Part shown: positions 45,242 through 57,202 of the stretch, piece by piece
Position numbering within the stretch: the first letter of the stretch is position 1
How the letters are laid out: the number at the start of each line of letters is the position of its first letter
Assembly (NCBI GenBank): GCA_052035095.1
Contig: JBPOHW010000008.1
Coordinates: 3,060 to 67,059 of the forward strand
Reading direction: 5' to 3'
DNA length: 64,000 nucleotides
From: Candidatus Moraniibacteriota bacterium
Lineage (GTDB): Bacteria > Patescibacteriota > Minisyncoccia > Moranbacterales > UBA1568
Translations under genes and position numbers: made by a program
The notes under the pieces: generated by a model
Seen by the model: only the letters and a program-made list of their open reading frames with translations
Told to the model about the DNA's origin: nothing
Database searches by the model: none

Positions 45242-47413
45242 ATGAAACTCGTCATCGTTGAGTCGCCGTCGAAGGCGAAAACCATCCAGAAATATCTCGG
45301 TAAAGAATACAGCGTCGTCGCCTCGGTGGGACACATTCGCGATTTGCCGAAGAGCAATCGCCAGGCGATCGACATAAAGAACGACTTCAAGCCACACTAC
45401 GAAATCACGCCCGGAAAAGAACATATCGTCGCCACCCTCGCCCGCCTCACCAAGAAGGCGAGCGAAATCTACCTCGCGACCGACCCCGACCGCGAGGGCG
45501 AAGCGATCGCGTGGCATATCGCCGAGGCGTGTGGATTGAAACATGCGAAGCGCGTCGCCTTCCACGAGATCACCCGAAACGCCGTCCAAGCGGGCATCGA
45601 ACACCCCCGTCGCATCGATCAAAATTTGCGTCGTGCCCAAGAAGCGCGTCGTGTCTTGGACCGTCTCGTCGGCTATGACCTCTCGGGACTCATTTGGAAG
45701 AAACTCCGCTATGGCCTTTCCGCCGGTCGCGTCCAATCGCCGGCACTCCGCATCTTGGTTGAGAAAGAGCGAGAAATCAAAAGCTTCATCCCCGAGAATT
45801 TCTGGGTCATCACCGCGAAAGCGACGTGCCCGGACAAAACACCCATCACACTCACCTGCTCCAAGGAGCCGAAAGAAGAACGAGAAGTAAACGACATCGT
45901 CAAAAAAGCGAAAGCGGGTTCTTGGTCGGTACTCGACGTCAAAGAATCCGAAGTCTCGCGCGCGCCCTCGCCTCCGTTCACCACCTCAACACTCCAACAA
46001 TCGGCAAGCTCGCGCTTGGGATTCTCTCCGGCAAACACGATGCGCATCGCCCAAAAACTCTACGAAGCGGGGCTCATCACCTATATGCGTACCGACAGTT
46101 TCAATATGAGCGACGACGCGCGAAACGCGGCAACGAAATATATCGTGAAAAAATTCGGCGAACCATTTTCCGAACCGCGCGTCTATAAAACAAAGAGCAA
46201 GAATGCCCAGGAAGCGCACGAGGCGATTCGTCCCACCGACCCTTCGCGCGAAAAAGCCGGATTCTCTCCCGACCAACAAAAACTCTACGCGCTCATTTTC
46301 CGCCGCACCATCGCCTCGCAAATGACGAGCGCTCGACTCCTCAAAACCAAAGTGCTCGCGAATATCTCCGATCGTTCGATTCCCGACTTCGTCGCAAGCG
46401 GTTCCCGACTTCTGTTCCCGGGCTGGCTCGAGCTCGACACCTTCGCCCGACAAGACGATATGACCGTGCCCAAGCTCGCCCCGAATGATCCGCTCGCGGT
46501 CACCGATGTCACATCCGAAGCAAAACAAACCGAACCGCCGCGCCGCTATTCCGAAGCCGGTCTCATCAAGGAACTTGAGAAACGCGGTATTGGGAGGCCA
46601 AGTACCTACGCCTCCATTTTGAAAACACTTCTCGACCGCGGCTATGCCGAGAAAGACGGTCGCGCCCTCCACGCGACCGAAACGGGCGAAGCCGTCAGCT
46701 CATTTCTTGAAACACACTTTGGAAATATCATAAGCGACACCTTCACTGCCGATATGGAACAAAAGCTCGACGATATCTCAAACGGCGAACGCGAATACGA
46801 GCAAACCCTAAAATCGTTCTATACCCCCTTCGCCAAAGAAGTAAAATCAAAAGCGAACGTGGACAAGATCACCGATATCGGCGACGCGCCCAAAGAATTC
46901 CCCTGCCCCGTCTGCGGAAGCGCTATGACCGTGAAGCTCGGCAAAAACGGAACCTTCTTGAGTTGCTCGCGCTTCCCCGATTGTAAAGGCGCCCGCATGA
47001 AAGACGGCTCGCTCATCCCCGAGAGCAAAGAAACCGGCGAGCCATGTCCCGAGTGCGGCGGCGCCCTCGTCGAAAAGGTCGGTCGCTTCGGCGCTTTCGT
47101 CGCCTGCGGCAATTATCCCAAATGCAAATTCATCAAAGGATCGCAGACGCAAACAACCGGTGTGAAGTGCCCCCTCTGCGACAAGGGCGAGATGGTCGAA
47201 AAACGCGGTCGCTTCGGCGCCTTCTACAGCTGTTCCAACTATCCCGATTGCAAACACTCGATCAAAGCAAAGCCCACCGGCAGAAAATGCGATTTCAAAC
47301 GAGACGGCAAACCCTGCGGCGCCCTCATGATGGAAGGCACCAAAACCATTCCGGAGCGTTGCTCCGACCGCACCTGCCCCAATCACAACCCGCATTTGCT
47401 AGGAAAAAAGTAA
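45242..47413 (+). CDS. topA: DNA topoisomerase I
   Basis: TOPRIM start MKLVIVESPSKAKTIQKYLG, active-site Tyr region and C-terminal Cys4 zinc ribbons (CPVCGS, CPECGG, CPLCDKG). Confidence 0.9.
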   Translation: MKLVIVESPSKAKTIQKYLGKEYSVVASVGHIRDLPKSNRQAIDIKNDFKPHYEITPGKEHIVATLARLTKKASEIYLATDPDREGEAIAWHIAEACGLKHAKRVAFHEITRNAVQAGIEHPRRIDQNLRRAQEARRVLDRLVGYDLSGLIWKKLRYGLSAGRVQSPALRILVEKEREIKSFIPENFWVITAKATCPDKTPITLTCSKEPKEEREVNDIVKKAKAGSWSVLDVKESEVSRAPSPPFTTSTLQQSASSRLGFSPANTMRIAQKLYEAGLITYMRTDSFNMSDDARNAATKYIVKKFGEPFSEPRVYKTKSKNAQEAHEAIRPTDPSREKAGFSPDQQKLYALIFRRTIASQMTSARLLKTKVLANISDRSIPDFVASGSRLLFPGWLELDTFARQDDMTVPKLAPNDPLAVTDVTSEAKQTEPPRRYSEAGLIKELEKRGIGRPSTYASILKTLLDRGYAEKDGRALHATETGEAVSSFLETHFGNIISDTFTADMEQKLDDISNGEREYEQTLKSFYTPFAKEVKSKANVDKITDIGDAPKEFPCPVCGSAMTVKLGKNGTFLSCSRFPDCKGARMKDGSLIPESKETGEPCPECGGALVEKVGRFGAFVACGNYPKCKFIKGSQTQTTGVKCPLCDKGEMVEKRGRFGAFYSCSNYPDCKHSIKAKPTGRKCDFKRDGKPCGALMMEGTKTIPERCSDRTCPNHNPHLLGKK

Positions 47414-47419
47414 GCCTAA

Positions 47420-48421
47420 CTACCTCACAACCCCCGTCTTCCCGTCCAGGGAAAGCGCTACCGGGATATCTCGGAATGAAATGGTATTGTCCGGCGCGAT
47501 GGTTGCTTCGACGAGGAGTCCTCGTCGTACTTCGGGACTGAAGTACTGATCAAAGACAAGGTTGCCGAGAGAATAGTAGATCGTCTTTCCCTGATACACT
47601 TCTTTCTCTTGAACCACATGCGGGTGCGAGCCGATCACAGCATCGGCGCCACGGTCAATGAAGCGATGCGCGAGCTCTTTCTGTCTTGCATTTGCCAGCA
47701 CATACTCAACGCCCCAATGCGTATAGACAAAAAGAGTATCAACGTTCGGACGAAGGCGATCGATATCGGCAAGCGCACGCAGCTCTCCTTCTTTGTAAAA
47801 CTGATTGTAATTCACAAAGCCGATTTTCTTTCCTCGTATCTCGGCGACATACGCGCGAAGCGTTTCGTCGAGCGGATCACCGAAAAATTTAACACCCGCC
47901 TCACGCAAAAACTTCCGCGTTTCGAGAAGTCCCGCCTCGCCGAAATTCAAAATGTGATTGTTGCCGAGATTTACAATACGGATATTGGCATCAAAGAGCG
48001 TTTTCGCCCACAGAGGATCAAACGTGAACAAAAAATGCCGTGATTCCCCAACTGCCGACCCGACACTCCTTGAGAAATTTGAGGTAATCGGACCCTCCAA
48101 ATTCGCGACAACAAAATCCGCCGCGCGCAATTCTCCGGCAAGACCTTCGAAAACAGCCTCTTTCCCGATTTTGTCCGACTGCGTACGAATATATCGGTCA
48201 AACATCATATCTCCCGCAAAGAAGATTTTCAAAGAAACTTCTTTTGCACCATTCCTCTCATCCAAAGAAATATCCCCCGTCCCCTCAGACTCAAAAGGGG
48301 GCTCCACTGCCTTCGTCGACTCCAAAACGCGCATCGTTTTCGATGGTGAAAAAGACAAGAAAGACGCACCAATGAGAAACGCCCCGCCGAGAAAACCCAT
48401 CCCCCAAAAATACTTCCTCAT
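47420..48421 (-). CDS. CapA-family (PGA_cap) metallophosphatase-like protein
   Basis: N-terminal TM/signal; KIFFAGDMMFDR, NLEGP, GNNH and HWG motifs of the CapA/YwtB family. Confidence 0.75.
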   Translation of the reverse strand: MRKYFWGMGFLGGAFLIGASFLSFSPSKTMRVLESTKAVEPPFESEGTGDISLDERNGAKEVSLKIFFAGDMMFDRYIRTQSDKIGKEAVFEGLAGELRAADFVVANLEGPITSNFSRSVGSAVGESRHFLFTFDPLWAKTLFDANIRIVNLGNNHILNFGEAGLLETRKFLREAGVKFFGDPLDETLRAYVAEIRGKKIGFVNYNQFYKEGELRALADIDRLRPNVDTLFVYTHWGVEYVLANARQKELAHRFIDRGADAVIGSHPHVVQEKEVYQGKTIYYSLGNLVFDQYFSPEVRRGLLVEATIAPDNTISFRDIPVALSLDGKTGVVR

Positions 48422-48586
48422 ACATCAATCTGAAACTCATATATCCCTCTTGCGTTACCAGCACATTCACTCTATCACCCACGATACCCCCGTCAATGCC
48501 ACGCTTGACTTTTTCGAAAGCCCTCCATTCCACAAATTTCCGGAATATGGTGTATAATGAAACCACTTCTCTTTTTTTAAAAGCGT

Positions 48587-49045
48587 ATGAAGTTTATTCA
48601 TCAATCGGGATTCTGCCAAAATTGCGGGGAAAATATCTCGAGAGAGATCGCCTTCTGTCGAAGTTGCGGCACCGCGCTCTCCGAGGAACAAGTGCAAGCG
48701 AATATCGAACGATCCCGAAATGAAGCATCCGTCCACGTAAACGTCCGCGACGAAAACAAGCCGGTGCTGCAAAAAATAGCGGGAGCCGTACTTATCGGTC
48801 TTATGGAATTTTTGTTTATTACTTTCGTATTCACACTTTCACTTCTCATCAGTATAAACTTCCTTCCAGCACTGGGCGACGATCACTCCGGATCACTCTT
48901 CTCCTATTTTATCGTTATGGCAACCGCTTGCATTGCCGGTCTTGTCGGCGGATCATTCCTCTCAAAGAAACTGTGCGAAAAATATCCAAGCCGCGTCGCC
49001 AAAATGAAAAGCTTCCTCTGCCTCGAAGAAAAGCCGCAAGAGTAA
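48587..49045 (+). CDS. zinc-ribbon membrane protein
   Basis: CQNCGE...CRSCG zinc-ribbon pair followed by two or three TM helices. Confidence 0.4.
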   Translation: MKFIHQSGFCQNCGENISREIAFCRSCGTALSEEQVQANIERSRNEASVHVNVRDENKPVLQKIAGAVLIGLMEFLFITFVFTLSLLISINFLPALGDDHSGSLFSYFIVMATACIAGLVGGSFLSKKLCEKYPSRVAKMKSFLCLEEKPQE

Positions 49046-49119
49046 ACCTCAGACGCAACTACCGCGCCGCCATTTCCAAAAAGTCCCGTCGGGACTTTTT
49101 TCTTTTCCCCTTCTCTCCT

Positions 49120-49146
49120 TGCCCCCTTTCCCGACTCGTCTATAAT
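49120..49146 (+). promoter_or_regulatory. sigma70-like promoter (TTGCCC, 16 nt spacer, TATAAT) for rel
   Basis: Perfect TATAAT at 49141-49146, about 22 nt upstream of the rel start. Confidence 0.45.
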
Positions 49147-49167
49147 ACCAATATCGAGCATTTTCCT

Positions 49168-50649
49168 ATGACCATCAACGATCTCTTCAAATCCTGCAAG
49201 TTCCCGCCGTCAAATGAAGGTCGACGCTTCATCACGGCCGCCGTCGCGCTCGCCGAAGATGCCCATCGGGGACAAAAACGAAAGTCCGGTGAAAACTATA
49301 CCGAGCATTGCCTCTCAGTCGGTAAGATTCTCGCCGAACTCGGTATGGAATCGCGTACCATCGCCGCCGGTATTCTTCACGATGTCCCCGAGGACACCGC
49401 CGTATCGCTCGAAACCATTCGAAAACAGTTCGGCGACGAAGTGGCTCGGCTCGTCGATGGCGTCACCAAACTCGGCAAGATCCGCCTCCGCGGTTCGCGC
49501 GAGGAATACTACCTCGAAAATCTCCGCAAAATGTTCCTCGCTATGGCGGAAGATATCCGCGTCGTCATCGTGAAGCTCGCCGACCGACTCCACAATATGC
49601 GCACCCTCGACTACCTCGCGCCCGAGAAACGCCTCCGTATCGCCCGAGAAACCATGGAAATCTACGCTCCGATCGCCAATCGCCTTGGTATCGGCGAAGT
49701 AAAGGGTGAACTCGAAGACCTCGCCTTCAAATATCTCGATCCGGAATCACACGAAAAAACGCTCGGCATCGTCAAAGAATATATGCGCGAAAGCGATTCC
49801 TATCTCGACCGATCGGTCACGGCCATTCGGGAAAGCCTCGCCAAAGAAGGCGTCCGCCTCACGCATATCGAGGGGCGCGCCAAACGACTCTACCGCCTGT
49901 ATCAAAAATTGAAGCGCCACGATATGGACATCAAGCGTGTCTACGATTTGGTCGCCGTCCGGATCATTGTTCCTTCGGTCGCCGATTGCTACGAGGCGTT
50001 TGGCGCCGTCCACAAGCGTTATCGCCCCCTCGTTGGTCGCATCAAGGATTACATTTCCCTCCCCAAACCCAACAACTACCAATCGCTCCATACGACCGTC
50101 TTCGGACCCGAAGGACGCATCATCGAAATTCAAATCCGGACGCAAAAAATGCATGATGAAGCCGAGCTCGGTATCGCCGCTCACTGGGCGTACGCGGAGA
50201 AAGAGCGCGGTTCCGGCTGGCGCAAGCTTTTCTTCCGCCGACACGAAACCGCGCCTCCCAAGGAACTCGCGTGGGTCAAACAGCTCCAAGAATGGCAGAA
50301 AGAAATCGGTCAAGACAATCGGGAGTTTCTCGAAGGAATCAAGATTGACTTCTTCAAAAATCATATTTTCGCTTTCACTCCAAACGGCGATATCATCGAG
50401 CTCCCCGAAGAAGCGACGCCGGTCGACTTCGCCTACGCCATTCACAGTGAAATCGGCAACAGTATGATCGGCGCCAAAGCCGATACCAAAATGGTCCCCC
50501 TCGACTATCACATCAAGAATGGCGAGGTCATTGAAATCGTCACCGACAAAAGCCGAAAAAAACCAAATCCCGATTGGCTCGCCTTCGTCAAAACCTCCCT
50601 CGCCAAATCCCACAGCCAAAAACAACTAAGGAAAGAAGGCGGGTTGTAG
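49168..50649 (+). CDS. rel: short bifunctional (p)ppGpp synthetase/hydrolase Rel/SpoT (HD, synthetase and TGS domains; no ACT)
   Basis: HD motif (HDVPED), synthetase motif (YQSLHTTV...RTQKMH) and TGS domain (IFAFTPNGDIIELP). Start trimmed to MTINDLF. Confidence 0.85.
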   Translation: MTINDLFKSCKFPPSNEGRRFITAAVALAEDAHRGQKRKSGENYTEHCLSVGKILAELGMESRTIAAGILHDVPEDTAVSLETIRKQFGDEVARLVDGVTKLGKIRLRGSREEYYLENLRKMFLAMAEDIRVVIVKLADRLHNMRTLDYLAPEKRLRIARETMEIYAPIANRLGIGEVKGELEDLAFKYLDPESHEKTLGIVKEYMRESDSYLDRSVTAIRESLAKEGVRLTHIEGRAKRLYRLYQKLKRHDMDIKRVYDLVAVRIIVPSVADCYEAFGAVHKRYRPLVGRIKDYISLPKPNNYQSLHTTVFGPEGRIIEIQIRTQKMHDEAELGIAAHWAYAEKERGSGWRKLFFRRHETAPPKELAWVKQLQEWQKEIGQDNREFLEGIKIDFFKNHIFAFTPNGDIIELPEEATPVDFAYAIHSEIGNSMIGAKADTKMVPLDYHIKNGEVIEIVTDKSRKKPNPDWLAFVKTSLAKSHSQKQLRKEGGL

Positions 50650-50761
50650 GGAACGTACCAAAATACTTTTTTCTTTCCACGCAAAAACCGCCCTGATATA
50701 TCGGAGCGGTTTTGGTTTCTACTGATAAGCTGGTAGCCGATTGCCGAAAGCCGCGCGAGCC

Positions 50762-52501
<1,740 letters not shown>

Positions 52502-52515
52502 TTAGGGTTTACGTA

Positions 52516-52542
52516 TTAGCACTCTCAAACTATGACTGCTAA
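52516..52542. promoter_or_regulatory. CIRCE (HrcA) operator
   Basis: TTAGCACTC, 9 nt spacer, GACTGCTAA; this matches the TTAGCACTC-N9-GAGTGCTAA consensus on the groEL strand. Confidence 0.8.
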
Positions 52543-52547
52543 GTCTG

Positions 52548-52576
52548 ATTGTAAGCAAAGAAAAATCGGGTGTCAA
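52548..52576 (-). promoter_or_regulatory. sigma70 promoter for groEL (TTGACA, 17 nt spacer, TACAAT)
   Basis: Read on the minus strand: TTGACAcccgatttttctttgctTACAAT, just upstream of CIRCE. Confidence 0.7.
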
Positions 52577-52581
52577 GACCC

Positions 52582-52609
52582 AAAAAAAGGATTTCCCGAA
52601 GGAAATCCT
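52582..52609 (-). terminator. rho-independent terminator (AGGATTTCC-cgaa-GGAAATCCT plus T7)
   Basis: 9-bp perfect stem and T-run on the minus strand, downstream of the 52646-53053 gene. Confidence 0.7.
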
Positions 52610-52645
52610 AAAAAAACACTATCTGATTTATCGACACTTAGAGAA

Positions 52646-53053
52646 TCACGCTCCGGGAAAAAGCTCCCAGAGAATTGTATCTTTCTCAGATGCCCAAGTT
52701 ATTGAATCGTCCAGAGACGATCGTGGCATTACCTTGGGATAACACCAACAGTTACCCGGACACGGTAACTCCAGCTTTGGCGCCAAGAAGGTTACAACTT
52801 CTTGTATCCACTGATTGATCGACTTCTCTTCTCCGTACAGCCCATGCCTACGCCGGTAGTTGTAACACCAAGACGAAAAAGATGGGTTGTCAAGGATAGT
52901 ACACCGGAGGAATTCATCAGGAGACTGCACTCTTTCCATATGAGAGAGTGCTTCGCCGTAAACGAAAATTTTCTGGACATCTTCCAACCTGACGCACCCC
53001 AACATAATATCCCCTAGGCAAGACGAGAGTTCTAAACCGATTTTTTTCGCCAT
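52646..53053 (-). CDS. hypothetical protein (AT-rich, Cys/Trp-rich)
   Basis: About 135 aa ORF ending at the terminator; no motif. AT-rich unlike its neighbours. Confidence 0.35.
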   Translation of the reverse strand: MAKKIGLELSSCLGDIMLGCVRLEDVQKIFVYGEALSHMERVQSPDEFLRCTILDNPSFSSWCYNYRRRHGLYGEEKSINQWIQEVVTFLAPKLELPCPGNCWCYPKVMPRSSLDDSITWASEKDTILWELFPGA

Positions 53054-53120
53054 CGAAATCTCCTCATTCAACAAAAAGTACTGACGAAAAATTATCACAC
53101 TTTCTCAAAAAATGCAAGCC

Positions 53121-54170
53121 TCACACCCGGAAGACCATCACATCACCATCTTGCACGACATACTCTTTTCCTTCGAGGCGAAGCGTGCCTTTTTCGCGCG
53201 CGGCGCTCCACGAGCCCGCCAAGAGGAGCACTTCCCAGTTAATCACTTCGGCGCGGATGAAGCGATCCTTGAAGTCCGTATGAATGGCGGCTCCAGCTTC
53301 CGGAGCAGTCGAGCCTCGGCGAATCGTCCACCCGCGCGTTTCCGTTTCGCCGGTCGTGAAAAACGTCATGAGTCCCAAAAGCGAATACGTCTCGCGGATA
53401 AGATCGTTGATGCGCGATGAAATCCCAAACTCAGCTTGCTCGTCCGCGCTCATCGAAAACAATTCTTCTTCGATTTTCACATCAAGCCGCACATGGGGAC
53501 GTGCGGCGAGTTCCGGCGGAAGCGCCGCCTCCGGATCGGACATATTGTAGACGAAGAGGAACGGCTTCGCCGTCAAAAGTTGGAGTTCGCGAAACACACG
53601 TTTCGAATCTTCACTTTCCGCTATTCCCGCTTCCCTCGCGAGTTTCCCCGCCTGAAGCGCCGACTCAATCGTCTCGAGTATCGGCATCTCGGCAAGCGCG
53701 TCTTTTTTCCCGGCACGCGCGTCTTTCACGGTTTTGAGTTTCCGCTTCTCGATCGTTTCCAAGTCCGCCAAGATAAGCTCGGTATGAATGATATCGATAT
53801 CTTCCTCGGGTGCCACCCGATCGTGGACGTGAATGATATTGGGATTTTCGAAAAGTCGCACGACCTCGATGATCGCGTCCGCCTCGCGAATATTCGCGAG
53901 GAATTTGTTGCCAAGCCCTTCGCCCTTGGACGCGCCGGCAACCAAGCCCGCGATATCGACAAACTCCACGACCGCCGGAACAATCTTTGCCGACTTTGAC
54001 ATCGCCGCAAGCTTGCCGAGTCGCACATCCGGCACCGGCACGACACCAACATTGGGCTCGATCGTGCAAAAGGGATAGTTGTTGATATCCACCGCCTTCC
54101 CCGAAAGCGCCTTGAACAACGTGGACTTCCCCACATTCGGCAGTCCAACAATACCGGCTTTGAGAGACAT
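53121..54170 (-). CDS. ychF: ribosome-binding ATPase YchF (Obg-family)
   Basis: [23 protein letters not shown]1 motif; NxxE ATPase specificity; C-terminal TGS domain ([11 protein letters not shown]). Confidence 0.9.
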   Translation of the reverse strand: MSLKAGIVGLPNVGKSTLFKALSGKAVDINNYPFCTIEPNVGVVPVPDVRLGKLAAMSKSAKIVPAVVEFVDIAGLVAGASKGEGLGNKFLANIREADAIIEVVRLFENPNIIHVHDRVAPEEDIDIIHTELILADLETIEKRKLKTVKDARAGKKDALAEMPILETIESALQAGKLAREAGIAESEDSKRVFRELQLLTAKPFLFVYNMSDPEAALPPELAARPHVRLDVKIEEELFSMSADEQAEFGISSRINDLIRETYSLLGLMTFFTTGETETRGWTIRRGSTAPEAGAAIHTDFKDRFIRAEVINWEVLLLAGSWSAAREKGTLRLEGKEYVVQDGDVMVFRV

Positions 54171-54181
54171 AAAGCTTTGCT

Positions 54182-54231
54182 GCTGTCAGCTATCCTGCCT
54201 ACCGGCAGGCAGACGGCATTCAGCTGTCAGC
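54182..54231. mobile_element. miniature palindromic insert (CCTGCCTACCGGCAGGCAG) flanked by 9-bp direct repeats GCTGTCAGC
   Basis: 32 bp between perfect 9-bp direct repeats at 54182-54190 and 54223-54231. The palindrome is 18/20 identical to the one inside the tRNA D-loop at 20017-20036. Confidence 0.5.
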
Positions 54232-54381
54232 ATTTAGAAAAGAAAAAGATTCCACTTGCTGTATGCTAGCGGAATCATAGTGACATGTCCATCATCCCAA
54301 AAATCAGGAAAAGTTAAAAGGCACCCAATCGTAATTGGATGCCCTTGGTATTACCCATCTCAGCGAACTTCAGCGAGCGAC

Positions 54382-54633
54382 TTAGCCCTTGGTGCCGCTC
54401 GGCTTCAGGAACTCCAGTGTATCGCCGGGCCGGAGGACATAGACCCCCTGAACATTGTCTCCGGAGATGATCGCCTGAGCATCCGGCGGAATATTGAGGA
54501 CTTCCCCGAAATCCCGACGGATGTCATTCACCGTCCTACCGGCAACGGCGGCCTCCTGCGTATTGGCACCGCACACCAGTTTCACACTTCCGATAGGCTT
54601 CGTTGTGTCAACAGCCATAAAACCCTCCTGCAA
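54382..54633 (-). CDS. ubiquitin-like beta-grasp protein with C-terminal Gly (BilA/Ubl-like)
   Basis: 83 aa ending in ...KPSGTKG then stop; last gene of the E2-JAB-E1 operon. Confidence 0.55.
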   Translation of the reverse strand: MQEGFMAVDTTKPIGSVKLVCGANTQEAAVAGRTVNDIRRDFGEVLNIPPDAQAIISGDNVQGVYVLRPGDTLEFLKPSGTKG

Positions 54634-54676
54634 CTTGACTGTAAAAAAAGAAACAAATCAGTCGGAACATCCCCGA

Positions 54677-55351
54677 CTACCTCCGAACAACCGCGCGGCA
54701 GTTATTCCCTACAATACAAGCATACACCTCATCATATGTCAAGTATCCTTGACTCGACGCCCAAAAGGCATTCAGCATCAGCGCGGCGATCGTAAAGTTG
54801 GTGGGAATAATTTGCGGTTCAGCCGCAACTTGTTCTCCGCATCCAACTTCATGGGGACTCCTATCCTTCGGCCTTTGAATTTCAGGATGGAATCTATTTG
54901 CCAAAGGAAGCGTCATATCCACTCTATCTTTCCGCACATACACTTGAATATTGCCATCCGTATACTCATTTCCTCCAGAGATAAGTACCACGGAATCCAG
55001 ATCCCGACAGAAGTCAGACACAAGCTTCCTTGTTTTGTGATTATCTACGCACAAGAGAATCGTGTCTCCATCCTCAAGAAGATACTCTATCGAGTCCGGT
55101 GCTACAAATTCCCCGTATGCACGAATCGAAATTTCCGGAAATTCTTTCTTGAGTCTTTCTGCCGCAACCTCAGCCTTATTCCCAATCCGGTCGAATAACT
55201 GACGATCGCGGTTTCGAGGCTCATACCTATCGCCATCAATCACCGTAAGAACGACATCCTCGTCGCCTCCACTGTAATTCAGATACAGGGCGAGCGGCTG
55301 AAGAAGCCAGCTACCAATACCCCCCGCGCCAACAACCTTTATTTTCTTCAC
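54677..55351 (-). CDS. E1-like ThiF/MoeB-family activating enzyme
   Basis: KIKVVGAGGIGSW Rossmann GxGxxG, Asp-rich region DGDRYEPRNRDRQ, Cys in LLCVDNH. Confidence 0.7.
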   Translation of the reverse strand: MKKIKVVGAGGIGSWLLQPLALYLNYSGGDEDVVLTVIDGDRYEPRNRDRQLFDRIGNKAEVAAERLKKEFPEISIRAYGEFVAPDSIEYLLEDGDTILLCVDNHKTRKLVSDFCRDLDSVVLISGGNEYTDGNIQVYVRKDRVDMTLPLANRFHPEIQRPKDRSPHEVGCGEQVAAEPQIIPTNFTIAALMLNAFWASSQGYLTYDEVYACIVGNNCRAVVRR

Positions 55352-55362
55352 GCTATCACCTC

Positions 55363-56268
55363 TCAGAGTTGAACTTCCCCATTAATCAGGTCTCCCTTTC
55401 CGTTAGACGGAGAGGGCACCTCCTTGGAAACCCTTTCCATCCACACTTTCGGGAATGGATAATTCCGATAGTCCTTACCTTCGGGAAATACAAGGTCAAA
55501 GAACTGCTGACGGTACAAATATTGTCCGTATCGCTCTTTCGGAATCCATGGCTCATCCGGACCAAGAATCATATCGTCCAGCCAATTCTTCAACCTTCCC
55601 GCAACAGAACATTGGTCGCCATACCCTTCGCGACTCACGCCAAGTGGACGACGATATCCGCGCGAGCTCTTCGTGGGAACAGTATACTCCACTTCCTTTA
55701 TGCCGGAGATTATATCGCCGGGATTCATTGGGAAGCGATTGTTATTAACCGCGATAGAGCCGATCACCATGAAATACGGTTGATCAACCCTACCAATGGT
55801 AATGTGTATACCGTCAAGGTGTTGCTCGTCATGAATATCCACACCAGAATGAAACGCCCCGAAATTCGCATGGGAGTGGATAGTGCCAACCAATTGCAAT
55901 CCCTCATCCACCCGCCCCCGACTTTGATACGAAACCGAAGTTCCGGTTACTCGTTGAAGGGGAGCATCCAGTACATAGGCGCCATTCCGAGCATCATAGT
56001 ACAACAACACCGCAGCCTCAGCTGCATATTCCTCATACACCCGACGGAAGAACAAGACCACTGGCGCCACGACAAATGACGGGATCTTTGGAACACGAAG
56101 CGTTACCCTCGTATCCACTTCCCCCAAAAAGGAAATGCCATCCACCTTTACCATCGCCCGCACCAGACCAGTATCCTTGCTCAAGTAAATACCTCCTCGA
56201 GCAATAACATAGTATGTCCCTGCTTGCGGCAATGACACCTGACCATCCAAAACATAGATCGGAAACAT
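55363..56268 (-). CDS. JAB/MPN (JAMM) metalloprotease, deubiquitinase-like
   Basis: JAMM motif HSHANFGAFHSGVD (HxHx7Sx2D). Confidence 0.75.
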   Translation of the reverse strand: MFPIYVLDGQVSLPQAGTYYVIARGGIYLSKDTGLVRAMVKVDGISFLGEVDTRVTLRVPKIPSFVVAPVVLFFRRVYEEYAAEAAVLLYYDARNGAYVLDAPLQRVTGTSVSYQSRGRVDEGLQLVGTIHSHANFGAFHSGVDIHDEQHLDGIHITIGRVDQPYFMVIGSIAVNNNRFPMNPGDIISGIKEVEYTVPTKSSRGYRRPLGVSREGYGDQCSVAGRLKNWLDDMILGPDEPWIPKERYGQYLYRQQFFDLVFPEGKDYRNYPFPKVWMERVSKEVPSPSNGKGDLINGEVQL

Positions 56269-56270
56269 AT

Positions 56271-56990
56271 CTAGCTCCTCGCATTCAATTGACGTTTCAA
56301 TTCATCGGGTCCAACCATCCGCCAAAGAAGGACTTCTTCGGAGAGCTGTGCAAATTCCCCCTCCAGGATTGACCGAAACACCTCGGATACCACTTTTTGA
56401 AAGGTTGCCATAGTATTCGCGTCGACACGCATCGCGTCAAACGAGTCTTCGGTCAAGCGAAACAACTCTTCAATAAAACCACGCTCACACTTTTCGAGCA
56501 ATTCAGCCGCCACGTGCGAGTGTCTTCTCTCCACCCGAAGAGTACTCATTGTCTTCATAAGCGCTCCCTGCAACCCTTCCATCCCTTGAGAAAAAGCTCT
56601 CTCGAGACACCTTGAGATTGCAATCTCCATGCCCTCCTCTTCGAAGTCGGCAATTTCCCGCGCGATCACACGTCTAAGCGTCACATGGGAACTTACCCAC
56701 TGAAGATTGAGCATGAACGAAGGATCTTTCCTTGATTCTACCTCCCACCGATCAAAACTTGAGAGAGCAGGCTCTCTCTCCTGATACATTTCATATCCCC
56801 CTCTCAAGTCCGTATTAAACTGACTCTCCCAGAAATACCCAACAATCTCACTCGCACGAGCAAATATCCCACGTTCAGCATGTCTCGAAAACCCGAGACA
56901 CACCCGACCATCCCCGTCAATATTGGGCAAGTTAGCTCGGAAAAACCGATCCTCCAATGAAAACCACCGGCGATAGCCGGTGGTTTTCAT
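56271..56990 (-). CDS. E2-like ubiquitin-conjugating (UBC-fold) protein
   Basis: ANLPNIDGDGRVCLGF corresponds to the eukaryotic E2 HPNI-x3-G-x-ICL catalytic-Cys motif. Confidence 0.65.
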   Translation of the reverse strand: MKTTGYRRWFSLEDRFFRANLPNIDGDGRVCLGFSRHAERGIFARASEIVGYFWESQFNTDLRGGYEMYQEREPALSSFDRWEVESRKDPSFMLNLQWVSSHVTLRRVIAREIADFEEEGMEIAISRCLERAFSQGMEGLQGALMKTMSTLRVERRHSHVAAELLEKCERGFIEELFRLTEDSFDAMRVDANTMATFQKVVSEVFRSILEGEFAQLSEEVLLWRMVGPDELKRQLNARS

Positions 56991-57115
56991 TTAAACAACA
57001 CCACTGCATCAAGGGAACATGCCATCCCCGAAATGCATCGTATCACTCTTACATAAACCGGAATAGATGTCAAGGATCACTTCATCAGTAGTACAATCAA
57101 TATTCAATCCGCGAG

Positions 57116-57195
57116 ACCGCCTTCCCCGAAAGCGCCTTGAACAAGGTGGACTTCCCCACATTCGGCAACCCGACAATACCGGCTTTGAGAGACAT
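57116..57195 (-). pseudogene. duplicated 5' fragment of ychF (first 27 codons, 76/80 identical)
   Basis: ATGTCTCTCAAAGCCGGTATTGTCGGGTTGCCGAATGTGGGGAAGTCCACC... has 4 mismatches versus 54091-54170. The frame is not continued. Confidence 0.85.
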
Positions 57196-57202
57196 AAAAA
57201 GT

